A stretch of 64,000 nucleotides of DNA from Octopus bimaculoides (taxonomy: Eukaryota). Location of the stretch: NCBI RefSeq assembly GCF_001194135.2, contig NC_068988.1:27871430-27935429 (forward strand). The letters are read 5' to 3'. The notes under the pieces are model-generated. The model was not told the DNA's origin. It ran no database searches and saw only the letters and a list, made by a program, of their open reading frames with translations. A program made the position numbers and the translations under genes. Positions 1 to 13,135 of this stretch are shown piece by piece (the first letter of the stretch is position 1; the number at the start of each line of letters is the position of its first letter).

Positions 1-3000
1 AACCATGCCACAACAGGCAATTGGAGTCTGGACAACTCCCTAGCCAGTCAGCTCCATGTCAAACTGTCCAACCCATGCCAGTATGGAAAATAGACGTTAA
101 ATGGTGATGATGAATTGTTAGTTTGGTTTGTGGTAAGAAAATCTTACCAGGAAATATGTTGTAAGGCATTCCACTTTGTAAGTAAGAGAAGTTAGGCAAA
201 TCTTTATTTTATAAAATAATGTCTTAGTATTTGTCAATTCACATATATATATTTTTTTTATCTCGTATTTAAAGACATCTTACCAACATTGCTGCAAGAA
301 ATTAAAGTTAATTTTATTTAACATGTTATTTTAGTATTAGCCACAAACTTTTATTAAAATGTACAACAAAGTATACAATTCGTTCACTTTCACTCACACA
401 TTCCAGGAAATTACTACATCATAACTTCTTAAGCAATGATTTCATGCATAATAAAGCACGAGGTCATTGATTAGAAAATGAAAGATTGAGCCCAGTGAAC
501 AGCATAATCCAAGGTTGATAATGTACAGTGAATTACTAGGGCTGATATAATTGATGATATTTCTTTCTTAAATTTAAGGGCATATGTTAGCCTTGAGTAT
601 AGATAGCTGTTGAATTTTGGTTGCAAAATGTCAAGTTGTTTGGTAAGATGAAAAAAATGGATGGTATTGCAGGAAGTACTTTAGGATTCCGGGGAACGGA
701 ATCAAATATTAGACTGTCATAAGAGTAAAAGTAAAATTATAAAATACTGAAGCTAAACACTTATTTCCTATCAAATTATCCCTATTTAATAGCAAGTGTG
801 TGTGTGTTTCCTCTTTGTTTTGTAATAGTTCAAAGCAGACAGAATACTTTTGATTTTAATCGTCCAACCCGTGCTAGCATGGAAAGCGGACGTTAAACGA
901 TGATGATGATGATGATGATGATGAACACTGTAACAAAATTATTATTTTTTTTGTCTTTGGTCAGTTAGTGTTATTTCCCATTTGCTTCTATCCAGAAATC
1001 AAAGGAAACAACTGCTATTTCCCTTCAAACTTAGCTTTTGTGACCTGGACATCAATGTTTTGAAACTGACCTATTTTCCATTACATTTCAGACAGATTCA
1101 GTGCTGAGTCGCTGAAACAGAAATAATTATAGCAAATATTCTACAAATATCCAATACCACAGATTTGTTGACCTTAAGCCCTTGAGCATGACTTTTGCTG
1201 GCTGACGATATGTGTATCTCTGATCATGAGCAGGAATGGTGGAGGAGCATTATAGCCATGTGTTGAGGGGGATTCTTTGGGGTTTGAATGAATGTAACAA
1301 AAAGCAATTTTTCATACTTTCTAAGGGTCAGCAAAAGGAAATAACAGTTGCTACGCAAGGACAAAAATCATGTTAGACAGTGTAATTCTTCATGGTAGTG
1401 CCCCAGCATGGCCACAATCCAATGACAAACAAATAAAAGATTATTTTAAAAATTAAATGGAATAAATAAAGATCCTGCATTTCAGCAGGAATCAAGTTAA
1501 AAAAACAAAAAAAAATGTCAAGCCATATTTTCTTATATTTTAGAAATGTGCTGACTAATATTTTTGCGTTGGTTTAATTTAGACTCTTTGATAAAACCAT
1601 AATTCCTGAAATTGTGCCAGTTATTGTACTTGTTTTTTTTTGTAGTTTTCATGATACTAGTGTATATAAAACAACTAATTGACTTTTGAAATATTAATAC
1701 TATTTCTTGAACAATATTCCGATAAGCAGTCATGAATACTGACACTGTTTAATAATGTAGACAATATTGATTCTTATGACTTGTATCCTTTGTTTTTCTT
1801 GTGCAGCGTATCAAGTTTCCTCTGAAAGCATTTTCTTTTTACAATTTAAAATTTAAACTTACTTTGGACATTATCATTTAAAAAAAAATTACTAAAATTG
1901 AATTTGTGTATTTAATATTATTTCCAGTGTTAAGGTGGTGAGCTGGTAGAATTGCAAGCATGCCCAGGGAAACGTTTACTGGGATTTTGTCTGTCTGTGT
2001 TCAAATTCCACCAAAGTCGACTTTGTCTTTCATCCTGTCAGGGTCAATAATATAAGTACCAGTTGAGTACTAGGGTCACTTTAATCAACCAACTCCCTCT
2101 CCTGAAATTGCTGGCCTTGTGCCAAAATTTGAAATCAGTATTGTTTCAAATGATGGAACAAGCCAGCAAATTTAGGGGAGGGTGTTAAACAATACGCTTG
2201 ACCCCAGTGTTTAACTGGTACTTATTTTATCGAGCCTGATTGGATGAAATGCAAAGTTGACCTCAGTGGAATTTGAACTCGGAACATAAAGAGCTGGAAG
2301 AAATGCAGCTATATATTTTTTCTAAGGCTCTAATTATTCTGGCAATTAGTCATCTTATTTATGCTTTTAATATTAATATAAATAATTTGAGAGAAAGCCA
2401 AAATGTATTATATGTATTTAAAAATAATAACATGAATATTGGCGAAAATTGTAATAAACATCACTAGTTAAAGCAAAACGAACAGTATATAACTGTTTTG
2501 GTTAATAGTAATTTCATTGAAGAAAAAGCCTTGAGATAAATTATTGAAGCAAACAAAAAAATAAAATCATATTTCGCTTTCTCCTCTCATGAGGCAGTTT
2601 CTCCCACACTGAAGCAGACTTGAATGGTATAGAAGAAGTTGGTCAGTGTAAATTATATATTTAGAGATTTGGCAACAACTAGAATACCATTTTTAGCTAG
2701 AGAGAAGAGAAGAAGATAATACAATCTTTTTGATATCTTTTATGTTAAAGATGAACAAGAAGCTGTGTGATCTATTCTGGTTTATAAAGCAAAATTTAGC
2801 TATTGAAAATTTGTTTTTAATGTTGTCATTACAGAGAAAAGGAATTAACTTGTATAAATGATATACTTGATCTTAAGCTGAGCCAACATAAAAATAACTT
2901 TTGAAACTATTGAGAAATTAGAGCAGGAGTTAATGAATCGAAAACCAATAAACCTACTTGAACACTTGAAGATTGTTGGAGAGCTATTGAATATATTAAT

Positions 3001-3215
3001 ACAGATATTTCATCATCTTCATGCTTGCATGGGATGGATGAAATTTCTTGAGGCAGATTTTCTATGGTTGGATGCCCTTCTTGTCACCAAACATTACTTT
3101 TTTCTAAGCAAAGTAATATTTTTATTTTTGAAAACCAGTCGATGTATTCCACTGAATTTAGGTAAATAATCCTTCATACAGACGGTCAGTAGCAACGCCT
3201 GCTGGGTTCAGCTGC

Positions 3216-3251
3216 TCTACATTGATAAGGGGCAATACCCCGAAACTAGTC
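3216..3251 (+). ncRNA. Degenerate minimal type-I hammerhead ribozyme motif (Penelope-like), interrupted by a SINE
   Basis: TCTACA-TTGATAA-GGGG caata CCCC-GAA-ACTAGT-C. After removing the SINE the 3' arm reads TGTAGA and pairs with TCTACA. Helix III is palindromic. Confidence 0.5.
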
Positions 3252-3254
3252 TGT

Positions 3255-3560
3255 GTGGAGGTGCAATGGCCCAGTGGTTAGGGCAGCGGACTCGCGGTCG
3301 GAGGATCGCGGTTTCAATTCCCAGACCGGCCGTTGTGAGTGTTTATTGAGCGAAAACACCTAAGGTCCACGAGGCTCCGGCAGGGGGTGGTGGCGACCCC
3401 TATTGTACTCTTTCGCCCCAACTTTCTCTCACTCTTTCTTCCTGTTTCTTGAGTAACGCTGTGATGGATTGGCGTCCCATCCAGCTGGGGGGAACACATA
3501 CGCCATAGAAACCGGGAAACCGGGCCCATGAGCCTGGCTAGGCTTTGAAAGGGCAAAAAA
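3255..3560 (+). mobile_element. Young full-length tRNA-derived SINE with 7-bp TSD
   Basis: A-box-like TGGCCCAGTGGTTAG and B-box-like GTTTCAATTCCC, CpG-rich body, A tail. TSD AGTCTGT at 3248-3254 and 3561-3567. Confidence 0.9.
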
Positions 3561-4608
3561 AGTCTGTAGATGCTAGACCAGCAAGGGGAAGTGGCTGACC
3601 TCCCCTGTTCGGAGGTTATAATGGACACAGGGCCTCTTGGAGCTAATCAATGGTAGCATTTGTCCTATTTTTTGGACTGCCATGTTGGCTTGGCGATAAC
3701 TATTAATAACTATATCCTATGTTTTCATTGTAATCTTCTGGATGTACCAATGGTGGAAGACAGGACGTGTTGTGGGGAAGAAAGGAGCTTAAAAAGTAGT
3801 TGGTAAATAAAGGGTCTTGTGAGAGATAACTATAGAGACATGTGATGCAAATTCACAGCCTCTGCTGTTGGCTGAATGGAAAAAGTGTCTTGTGTTATGC
3901 ATGGAAAGAGTTTTTAGCATAGAAGATATGTAAAGGAGTGGTGAATTAATGTTGGTCACCATAGACTAGATGACTCATTATTGAGAGGAGTGGTAATATG
4001 TTGTACTGCAGAGCTGTCAATATAGAAAAATGATGGTAAATGATAATGAAGAAAAAGAAATTGATATAAGTTAGATACAGTGTTATATTTTATGCTAATG
4101 AAATATTGGATCTGAGTTTGATCTGATCATGTTGTTTAGCTGCAGGTCAGCTGAGTCGAGCAAACTTTATAATCGAAGCACCGTTTTCATTTTAGATATA
4201 GTTTCTCAGACTACATTATCCAATGTGTCCTCCCTTTTGAAGACAGCAATATAGTTTGAGGAATTTGGCTGCTATTTCTGGTAGGTTGATTGACCACAGT
4301 CATGCCTCTTCATTGTTTTATTGTATGTATATGCTAGATGAAATAGTCAGACTGCAACTGATATGAAACAAGGTCTGGTCATTTGAGGCATCAGTCATTG
4401 TGATGGTATTTTTTTAAATATATCTTTTAGTCTGTGGAAGAAGGGCATCGATCATGACATTTTTCAGTGCTTCTGGCACAGGTGGAAAAAAATGAAGAAT
4501 AATCTCCAAACCAGAAGCCTAGCCTGAAAACTTACAACTGAGTTGGATCCAGCTAAGGACAGCCAAGGGTCACATGGTGGTGTTAAAGGTTGTGTGTGCA
4601 AATATTAA

Positions 4609-5216
4609 CCCTTTAGCATTTAAACCAGTCATATCCAACCCAATTATTCTACTTATTTATGCTCAAACTGACTAGATCTGGTCTCTCACACCTTCCCTAC
4701 TATGTCATTCTAGAAATAAATAATCATATCATTATGATCCTTTTGCTACAAGATAACACACAATTAATTCAAAATGATCATTGCCAGAGCAGCTGTCTGG
4801 CTTCCGTGCCACTGGCACTTAAATAGCACCATTTGAGTGTGATCATTACCAGCGTCGCCTTACTGGCAGTTGTGCCAGTGGCATGTGAACAAAACATTTG
4901 AGCGAGGTTGTTGCCAGTGCCGTTGGACTGGTTCCTGTGCAGGTGGCACGTAAAAAACACCATTTTGTGCGTGGTCGTTGCCAGTACCACCTGACTGGCC
5001 CTCGTGCCAGGAGGACATAAAAGCACCCACTACGCTCTCGGAGTGGTTGGCGTTAGAAAGGGCATCCAGCTGTAGAAACTCTGCCAGATCAGACTGGAGC
5101 CTGGTGCAGCCATCTGGTTCGCCGGTCCTCAGTCAAATCGTCCAACCCATGCTAGCATGGAAAGTGGACGTTAAACGATGATGATGATGTGATGGGGTAA
5201 TTTGAATGCTAAAGGG
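4609..5216. mobile_element. piggyBac-like MITE with a nested SINE
   Basis: TTAA|CCCTTTAGCATTTAAA ... TTTGAATGCTAAAGGG|CTAA. A SINE lies inside at about 4778-5190. Confidence 0.75.
4778..5190 (+). mobile_element. SINE/LINE-tail family C ending GGACGTTAAACGATGATGATG
   Basis: Recurs at 1-113, 860-925, 6763-7452, about 24345-24720(-), 29390-29600, 32130-32370, 45380-45600(-), 55440-55625 and 58546-58640(-). Confidence 0.85.
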
Positions 5217-5461
5217 CTAATGGACATGGGTAGGGCAAGGAAATTAAAAAGCCCACTCTGCAATCATGAGGTCTTATGTTTTGATCCTACTTTGCAGCAC
5301 TTTGGACAAATGTTTCCAACAGTAGCCTTGGCCCAATAGAAAGAGGTTACGAGAACTGATTTGTCTGTTACATCACCAGCAAAAATGTACTCAGCACAGT
5401 GAAAGTTATACTAAATGTAGGATAACCTGTATGTATTATATTGAATGATATTGGGCAATAC

Positions 5462-6102
5462 GGATCTTGTTCAAAACGGGGGCACCAGTATTTTCTTAAC
5501 GAAACACTTTGAAACTTGGGACACTGGTAGAATGTGTCATATAAAACATCTTTTTCTCTTAGTCTTCTTAACAAAAAAATGTACATCGCAAGTTATTTCA
5601 TGTTAAAGTTGTCGTATTTCTGTAATTTCAACCAATGACTGACATCCATTCAGCCGTAAAAATTAAGTGCTGACTATGTAAACAAACGATTCGCGGCGGT
5701 GATAAAATTATTATTTCCTTGTCAAAAAGTGGCTGAAGCATATTGGCAGTAGCTAATAAACCTTTCTATTATAGGCACAAGGCATGGTTTTTGATGGAAG
5801 GAGCAAGTCGGTTAGGGAAAACGAATACATGTGTGTTGCCTCTGCAAAATCTCAGAAGTAATGGAGATTAAATACGCTTTACACCGCTTAGGAGTAACTG
5901 TAAACAGCTGAATACTTGTCAGTGATTGGTTGAAATTATCGAAATAAGACAATTTTTTACATGAAATAAATCCGAATACAAACATTTTTTTCTGTTCTAT
6001 AACACAAAATAGATACGTATATGAAGTTTGAAAGTCTTTCAGTACCAAAAACACTACATAAAACATTAGTGAAAACTGGTGCCCCTGTTTTGAACAAGAT
6101 CC
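5462..6102. mobile_element. MITE with long imperfect TIRs and 8-bp TSD (Merlin-like)
   Basis: GGATCTTGTTCAAAAC.GGGGCACCAG at the left end is inverted at the right end, and the arms stay similar for about 220 bp. TSD GGCAATAC at 5454-5461 and 6103-6110; GG...CC termini. Confidence 0.8.
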
Positions 6103-6160
6103 GGCAATACTCATTGGGTGAAGATTGCTAAATGTGAGGCAGGGTCAAAGTAGACTAGAT

Positions 6161-6450
6161 CAGTGCTTCTCACACTATTTGATGTGGTGTACTGGCAATT
6201 TATTTTTCTCCAATGTGCCAGGAACCGGTAATGTTTCTTAGTAATATTAATTTATACCAGAAACTATATAATGAATATAATAAAAGTTGACAATTTTTTT
6301 TTTTTAATCTAATATTTATTTTGTAAACAAATAATACAGTATTACATAAGCATTTTATAATGTTTCTTTTTCTGGAAACTCACCGTGTACTGACAGCTGA
6401 TGGCTCGCAGACTGGTGTCCGTCCGGAGACCACCACTTTGAGAAGCACTG
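6161..6450. mobile_element. hAT (Charlie-type) MITE
   Basis: TIR CAGTGCTTCTCA/TGAGAAGCACTG with a perfect 8-bp TSD GACTAGAT. Confidence 0.92.
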
Positions 6451-8035
6451 GACTAGATCTTAAAAAGTCATGAAGTACATCATATACATGAATAAATGCA
6501 ACATGTAACTTTTTCAACCTAATACAAATGAAAACCAATGATGGCACGCATTATAAAATATTTAGTGATTAATATATGTTTCTTATATAATTACATTTAA
6601 CTTGTCGGATGCAGTGTAGAAATTAAAAAAGAAAAATAGATGTTAAAGTAAAATTGTTTTCTCAAGCCTTCTTCCATATTTAATAATCAATTTCTTCAAA
6701 CTCATAATTTATACACATGTAGTCTCTCTCTCTCTCTCTCTCTCTCACACATATATATATTAAAAGCACCCACTACACTCTCTGAGTGGTTGGCGTTAGG
6801 AAGGGCATCCAGATCATCCAGCTGTAGAAACACTGCCAAATCAGATTGGAGCCTGGTGTAGCCATCTGGTTTCACCAGTCCTCAGTCAAATCGTCCAACC
6901 CATGCTAGCATGGAAAGCGGACGTTAAATGACGATGATGATGATGTATANNNNNNNNNNNNNNNNNNNNNNNNNNNNNNNNNNNNNNNNNNNNNNNNNNN
7001 NNNCATATATATATTAAAAGCACCCACTACACTCTCTGAGTGGTTGGCGTTAGGAAGGGCATCCAGATCATCCAGCTGTAGAAACACTGCCAAATCAGAT
7101 TGGAGCCTGGTGTAGCCATCTGGTTTCACCAGTCCTCAGTCAAATCGTCCAACCCATGCTAGCATGGAAAGCGGACGTTAAATGACGATGATGATGATGT
7201 ATAGGTGGCACGTAAAATACACCATTTTGTGCATGGCCGTTGCCAGTATCGCCTGACTGGCCTTCATGCCGGTGGCACGTAAAAGCACCCACTACACTCT
7301 CAGAGTGGTTGGCGTTAGGAAGGGCATCCAGCTGCAGAAACTCTGCCAGATCAGATTGGAGTCTGGTGTAGCCACCTGGTTCACCAGTCCTCAGTCAAAT
7401 TGTCCAACCCATGGTAGCATGGAAAGCGGACATTAAACAATGATGATAATGATGGACTCTCCTATCAGTTTCGACGTATGAGGATCCAATAACCTACTCT
7501 TTCTTTGTCAGTCATAATGCCTATGTCGAATGTGGCATTTAAGTCCTGCCAATGATTTGTAAAGAATCCCACAGATCCTGCAATGTATATGTTTATGTGT
7601 GTGTGTAACTGTCATGCAAGATGTCTCTTTCATTTCCATTCTTCTGTGAAAGCATGTTTGGTTATGGATAAATATTATCTTGCTTGGAAACAACTGAGGG
7701 TCGGTGACAGGAAGAGCATCCTTCTGAAAAAAAAATTCGCCTCAACAAAATTTTGTCCAGCCAATACAAACATAGAAAAGTGGATGTTATGATGATGGCG
7801 ATGATGAATGACCATTCTTGAAATTCACATTATTGCAATTTTGTAGTAAAATTCTAAATGTTTGTAATTATAAGTGATATATGTCACTATAAAGTGGTAG
7901 ACAGAAGAAAAGACAAGTAAATCTGAATTACAAGTATAAAGTTATTATCTATCATTTTCTTGATTGCAGAAATACATCTGCCTAATCTGTGGTAGCTTCA
8001 TAATATCAACATTAAATTCTGAAGACTGCTTGTAT

Positions 8036-8098
8036 GATTTACACAACTGATTTACACAACTGATTTACACAACTGATTTACACAACTGATTTACACAA
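8036..8098. repeat. 13-bp minisatellite (GATTTACACAACT) x about 4.8
   Basis: Four perfect units plus one partial unit. Confidence 0.95.
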
Positions 8099-9113
8099 GT
8101 AATTAGATTTTATAAATAATCTCTGATTGGAGAAGCTCTATAGTTTTCAGTACCACATTAAACAATGTAAAAAAAAAAAACAGTCATGTGTAGGCATCGC
8201 TGCATGGTAAGAAGTTGCTTCCCAACCACATGGTTCCGGCTTCGGTCCCACTGTGTGACACCTTGGGCATGTGTCTTCTACTATAGTCTTGAGCTGGCCA
8301 AAGCCTTCTGAGTGGATTTGGTACATGGAAACTGAATGAAGCCTGTTGTATGTATTTATGCATAGATCTGTGTGTATGTGTACACCATTGTGTTTGTCTT
8401 CAACACCACTTGACAACTGGTGTTGGTTTGTTTACATCTCCATAACTTAGCAATTCAACAAAAAGGGACCAATAGAATAAGTGCCAGGCTTATAAATATA
8501 GAAAAAAAAGTACTGGGGTTGATTTTTTCAACTAACTCTTAATAGCAATGCCCCAGCATGGCTGCAGTATAATGACTGTGTATGTTGGGTGATGAGTGGT
8601 TCAAATCCCCTCCATGATGGCCATGTTGCTGCAAGGCTATGGACCTTGAGAAATGGGGGTAGCTTTGTGTTGGGAGATGAAGGAAAAGGACAGAAGGGTT
8701 TTTTCGTGTTGAGGAGTTACATGGTTACTCTAATTTATGAGAGAGAGAGAGAGATCAGTCGGAGGTGTAAAGAGATAATCAATATTGATCAAGGGTCCAG
8801 GTACCTCTTCAAGGTATGAGGTGAGTAGAAGTGAAGGGGGGGGGGGCACAGATGAACTATGAGTGTTGATCAGTGAGGTTTACGAGAGTATATGGGGAAG
8901 CAAGAGATGGGGAGAATGGGTATGGAAAGGGGAGGTAAGTAGCAACTAAAGATTGGATAATGTTGAAGGGCGGATGTAGGTAATAATAGATAAAGGAAGG
9001 GGAATGACCAGTGATGCACAAGCTGGTAGAGGGGGAAGGTTGTGGGATAGAGAAGAGAGCAGGAAGGGGGGAGGAGAGAGTGGCAGGCATATTGCAGGAG
9101 GAGGAAAAGGAAG

Positions 9114-9628
9114 NNNNNNNNNNNNNNNNNNNNNNNNNNNNNNNNNNNNNNNNNNNNNNNNNNNNNNNNNNNNNNNNNNNNNNNNNNNNNNNNNNNNNNN
9201 NNNNNNNNNNNNNNNNNNNNNNNNNNNNNNNNNNNNNNNNNNNNNNNNNNNNNNNNNNNNNNNNNNNNNNNNNNNNNNNNNNNNNNNNNNNNNNNNNNNN
9301 NNNNNNNNNNNNNNNNNNNNNNNNNNNNNNNNNNNNNNNNNNNNNNNNNNNNNNNNNNNNNNNNNNNNNNNNNNNNNNNNNNNNNNNNNNNNNNNNNNNN
9401 NNNNNNNNNNNNNNNNNNNNNNNNNNNNNNNNNNNNNNNNNNNNNNNNNNNNNNNNNNNNNNNNNNNNNNNNNNNNNNNNNNNNNNNNNNNNNNNNNNNN
9501 NNNNNNNNNNNNNNNNNNNNNNNNNNNNNNNNNNNNNNNNNNNNNNNNNNNNNNNNNNNNNNNNNNNNNNNNNNNNNNNNNNNNNNNNNNNNNNNNNNNN
9601 NNNNNNNNNNNNNNNNNNNNNNNNNNNN
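9114..9628. other. Assembly gap (N run); other gaps at 6950-7003, 38966-38975 and 46950-47138
   Basis: Runs of N, mostly abutting microsatellites or purine-rich tracts. Confidence 0.99.
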
Positions 9629-9666
<38 letters not shown>

Positions 9667-10409
9667 CACACACACACAACGGGCTTCTTTCAGTTTCTAT
9701 CTACCAAATCCACTCATAAGGCTTTGGTTGACCCAAGGCTATAGTAGAAGACACTTGCCCAAGGTGCCACGCAGTGGGACTGAACCTGGAACCATGTGGT
9801 CGGTAAGCAAGCTACTTACCACACAGCCACTCCTGCTCTGTGTAGCTATTCTTGATCGCCATATTAAGATGGTGAGCTGACAAAATCGTTAGCATGCTAG
9901 ACAAAATGCTTAGCAGCATTTCATCTGTCTTTGCATTCTGAGTTCAAATTCTACCAAGGCCAACTTTGCTTTTCACCCTTTCAGGGTCAATGAAATAAGT
10001 ACCAGTCAAGTGCTGGGGGTTGGTGTAATCGACTAGCTCCCTTCTCTCAAAAACTACTGGCCCTTTACCAAAGGTCGAAATCATTATTTTCAGTTCCACA
10101 TTGAGGCACCTAGCTGGTAGGATTGTTTGTGTCCAACAAAATGTCTTGTATTTCTTCCAGCTCTTTTATGTTCTGGATCCAATTCTTGATGGAACCAACT
10201 TTAATTTTCATCTTTCCATTGTTGATGAAATAAAGCACCAGTCCAATAATGGTATCAATTAATCCCTTCCAGTCAAAATAACTGGCCTTGTTCATAAATT
10301 AAGCTTCAGGTCAGTGTTGATCAAACCCACCTATAATTGGGAATATTCTTATGACTCCCCCCACCTCTTCCTTTTTTTCTAGTCATTGAGTATTTAGATG
10401 TAAAGGTAC

Positions 10410-10660
10410 ATACCCTAGTGATTAGGATGTTGTACTCACGACTGCAAGGTTGTAGTTTCAATTCCCATACTGGTTAATGCATTCTGTTCTTGAGCAAAAC
10501 ACTTCATTTCACATTGCTGCAGTCCACTCAGCTGTAAATGAATAACCCTGCATCCCTTTCAGAAGGAATATTGTGATCTTGGTCACTTATGCACCATGGA
10601 AACTGCGTAACTGGCCCCTAATGAGTCTTAGAACTCAAGACACTAATGCCCAGGGGTAGA
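10410..10660 (+). mobile_element. CORE-type tRNA-derived SINE
   Basis: tRNA-like head followed by TTGAGCAAAACACTTCATTTCAC...CTCAGCTGTAAATG. Antisense relatives lie near 15330-15430 and 58655-58840. Confidence 0.7.
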
Positions 10661-11263
10661 TTATGATGATGCATTCTGACCATTTATATTATCTTATAAA
10701 TCCTTATTTTTAAGATAGTAACACAATTTGTTGGAGATTTTTGGCTGCTATTTCTAGCAGGTTGAATGACCAACTTTGTAGAAGCTACCTCATTAGTTCT
10801 GTTTTCTTAAATTCTTGGGAAATTACCCCAATTTTGAAAAACTTCATTGAATCATTGATCCAGTTGTTGTTGTTAAATAATAAAGATAAAGAAATCATTA
10901 TTATTATTATTATTATTATACCAATTCATTTTCCTTCCCTTCTTTGCAATTTTAAAGAAGATAATATTTCCTTCAGATCCCTTTGGTAATTCTCTTGAGA
11001 TGTTTTTAAAAATGAAATGGTTTTCTTTGTATGACATCTATCAAGAGAAATGGATAAATGCCCTATTTTTATTGATAATACCGTCCCATTGATGGGGCTG
11101 TTGATGTTGTTTTGGACTGGAATCTAAATGTTTTGTCAAAGAATCAAAATCAATAATATTGACATTTGATTTTGTAGCCTTGTTTTTGTCTCCCTTTTTT
11201 TTCTTATATTTGTTGAAAGATTTTCTTTGAATTATAATTATTTAAGAATGTTGTTTCTCTCAG

Positions 11264-11486
11264 ATGAAGATTGTACATGCAGCAGCAGACTTTCAAGTCA
11301 GCTGTTGTATGTTGTGGCAACATATTGATATGTCAGCCTCTGTTTTATTGATAGAGAATGAGTGAGAGAGTGAGTGCACTGCAGAAGCAAGCTTCCACTT
11401 GCTGCTACATTGAGAGGACTACTAGTGCTGCTACTATTTATTATTAGTGGACTATCTATCTATATGTGATGTTGTTTCTGGATCAG
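11264..11486 (+). other. Candidate non-coding (5' UTR) exon
   Basis: Unique, non-repeat sequence bounded by ttgtttctctcag and CAG|GTAATC. No through-reading frame. Confidence 0.3.
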
Positions 11487-12853
11487 GTAATCGAGTTTTT
11501 TTTTTTCTCATCTATTTTGATAGTTTATATTGATATTTATTAAAAAAAAAAAAATGCATTTTTGCAAAGCCTTCTTTAGTTGATGTTGTCTGTGTAGATT
11601 ATTAGAGTAAGACATTTAGGTAAAGAAAACACTAGAAAAAAATAATTGCATCCTCTTCTGTACTAGCAAAACTATCAGTCAGTCTACCAAACTGATTCAT
11701 TTATGCTTCGAGTAGTTTTCTAGTATTGTTGGGTAGCGAGCAACTATCCACGTTTTATATAACCTGAAAGGACATCCAAGGAGAACAACAGGTTCTTTTT
11801 GTTTCACCAGTGACCTTTGTAACAAAGCAGACATATTTAAATATGTGCAGATCTGCTTCTTTCTGTTAGCTTGTGCTCGTTGTGTACATTGGCATCATAT
11901 TACTCACCGCCTACATCACTGCAACCACTGCCCTTTGGAGAGTGGTGTGCTACTGTAGTTTTGTAGTGAGGCTGTTTATTATATTTATTTTTATCATGGG
12001 GGTTATATAACTTTCTTCAATGTCAGTCATGCATGTGGGACACTGTTGCTGTGTTAAATGTTTTTGATTAAGAAAATACTTCTTCCTGACACTCTACACT
12101 TTGAGTAAAAGAATGCTTTGTTTATATTTTTCATTGAGATATCTAAAGATAAACTGAATTTACTTGTCTATTTACTTATTTTTCTTTAAACTAGAATATT
12201 TTAATAATTCAAATAATTTTCCATAATTGCACAAAATGAATTTTTTTACCTGCTGCCTTTTCATTTTTTTTATTTTTTATTTTTTATTCAGAATTTCTCC
12301 CCTTTTGTTTGTAATTATCAAAATACTATACTGATTGGTAGATTGCTTTATTTGAAGATCTCTGTTATTAGTATAAATAGAACTTCAGCATTTCTATTTA
12401 AAAAAAAAAACTCTATAATTTATATGAAAAATGAAGATACATTTGTTGTCTTTGAAAATCTATTTTGAAATCATTCTCAACCTTTGACAGTTCCTTGGGA
12501 TGGATCTGCTGATATATCTAATAATAAGGCTACTGAGGCAGCCTATTTATGAGCTTCCACCTTCACAAGAGGTGACATTCAGGATTACAAAGCAATTTAC
12601 TTAACCCCATTTTGGACTAGACAGATACTCTATGATGATTAGTACAAGGTCTCTCTGATGCAGGTTCAATTCATACTAAAAGTCAATTTTGTTTGTTATC
12701 CATTTGTAGGTAACGATAAGTACCACTAAAATTCTGGGAAAAAAAAAACGAACAAAAAAAATCCTTGTTTTTAGAATAAAGGTTTGGTTTCTACTGAAAA
12801 GAAGATATTCAAATTATTATTACTATTATTGTTTTTAATGTTATTATTATTTT

Positions 12854-13135
12854 TCAGTAGTCTTATTTTTATTGTGTGCTTTCACTGCACTATTGAATGC
12901 AGCTCTGCACTTTTGGTGTGTGCAGTGTTTTGTTTTGGTTTTTGTGTTTTCTGTTGCATTGATGGCACTCTGCATAATGTGTGCAGTGTCGAACGATGCT
13001 CTGTTTTGTATATTGTGCTTATTTGTAAGTGCTGAGGTTTTGGTTATATATTTGTCTACATCTCCTTTTTTAAATAATTCCCAAGGCACATTTCATTATA
13101 AGGATTATGTCTCCATACTCTTTTTTTCTGGTTCA
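12854..13135 (-). mobile_element. Decayed R4/Dong-like 3' fragment
   Basis: DKYITKTSALTNKHNIQ...TAHI remnant with the same 3' UTR, next to (TTA)n. Confidence 0.75.

Noticed and set aside
3255-3330. tRNA-like sequence as a tRNA gene
   Set aside because: It is the head of a TSD-bounded SINE. The same applies to the other A/B-box-bearing repeats.
6750-7203. Identical 200-bp direct repeats (6750-6949 and 7004-7203) around a 54-N gap
   Set aside because: Identical copies flanking a gap, including the same private CATCCAGAT duplication, are typical of unmerged contig overlaps. Probably an assembly artefact.
8036-8098. Regular short repeats as a possible CRISPR-like array
   Set aside because: The units are contiguous with no unique spacers, in eukaryotic context. 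It is a minisatellite.
8857-9880. Long ORFs spanning 9114-9628, and similar ones at 46755-47246 and over (CA)n/(TA)n tracts
   Set aside because: Artefacts of N runs and stop-free microsatellites.
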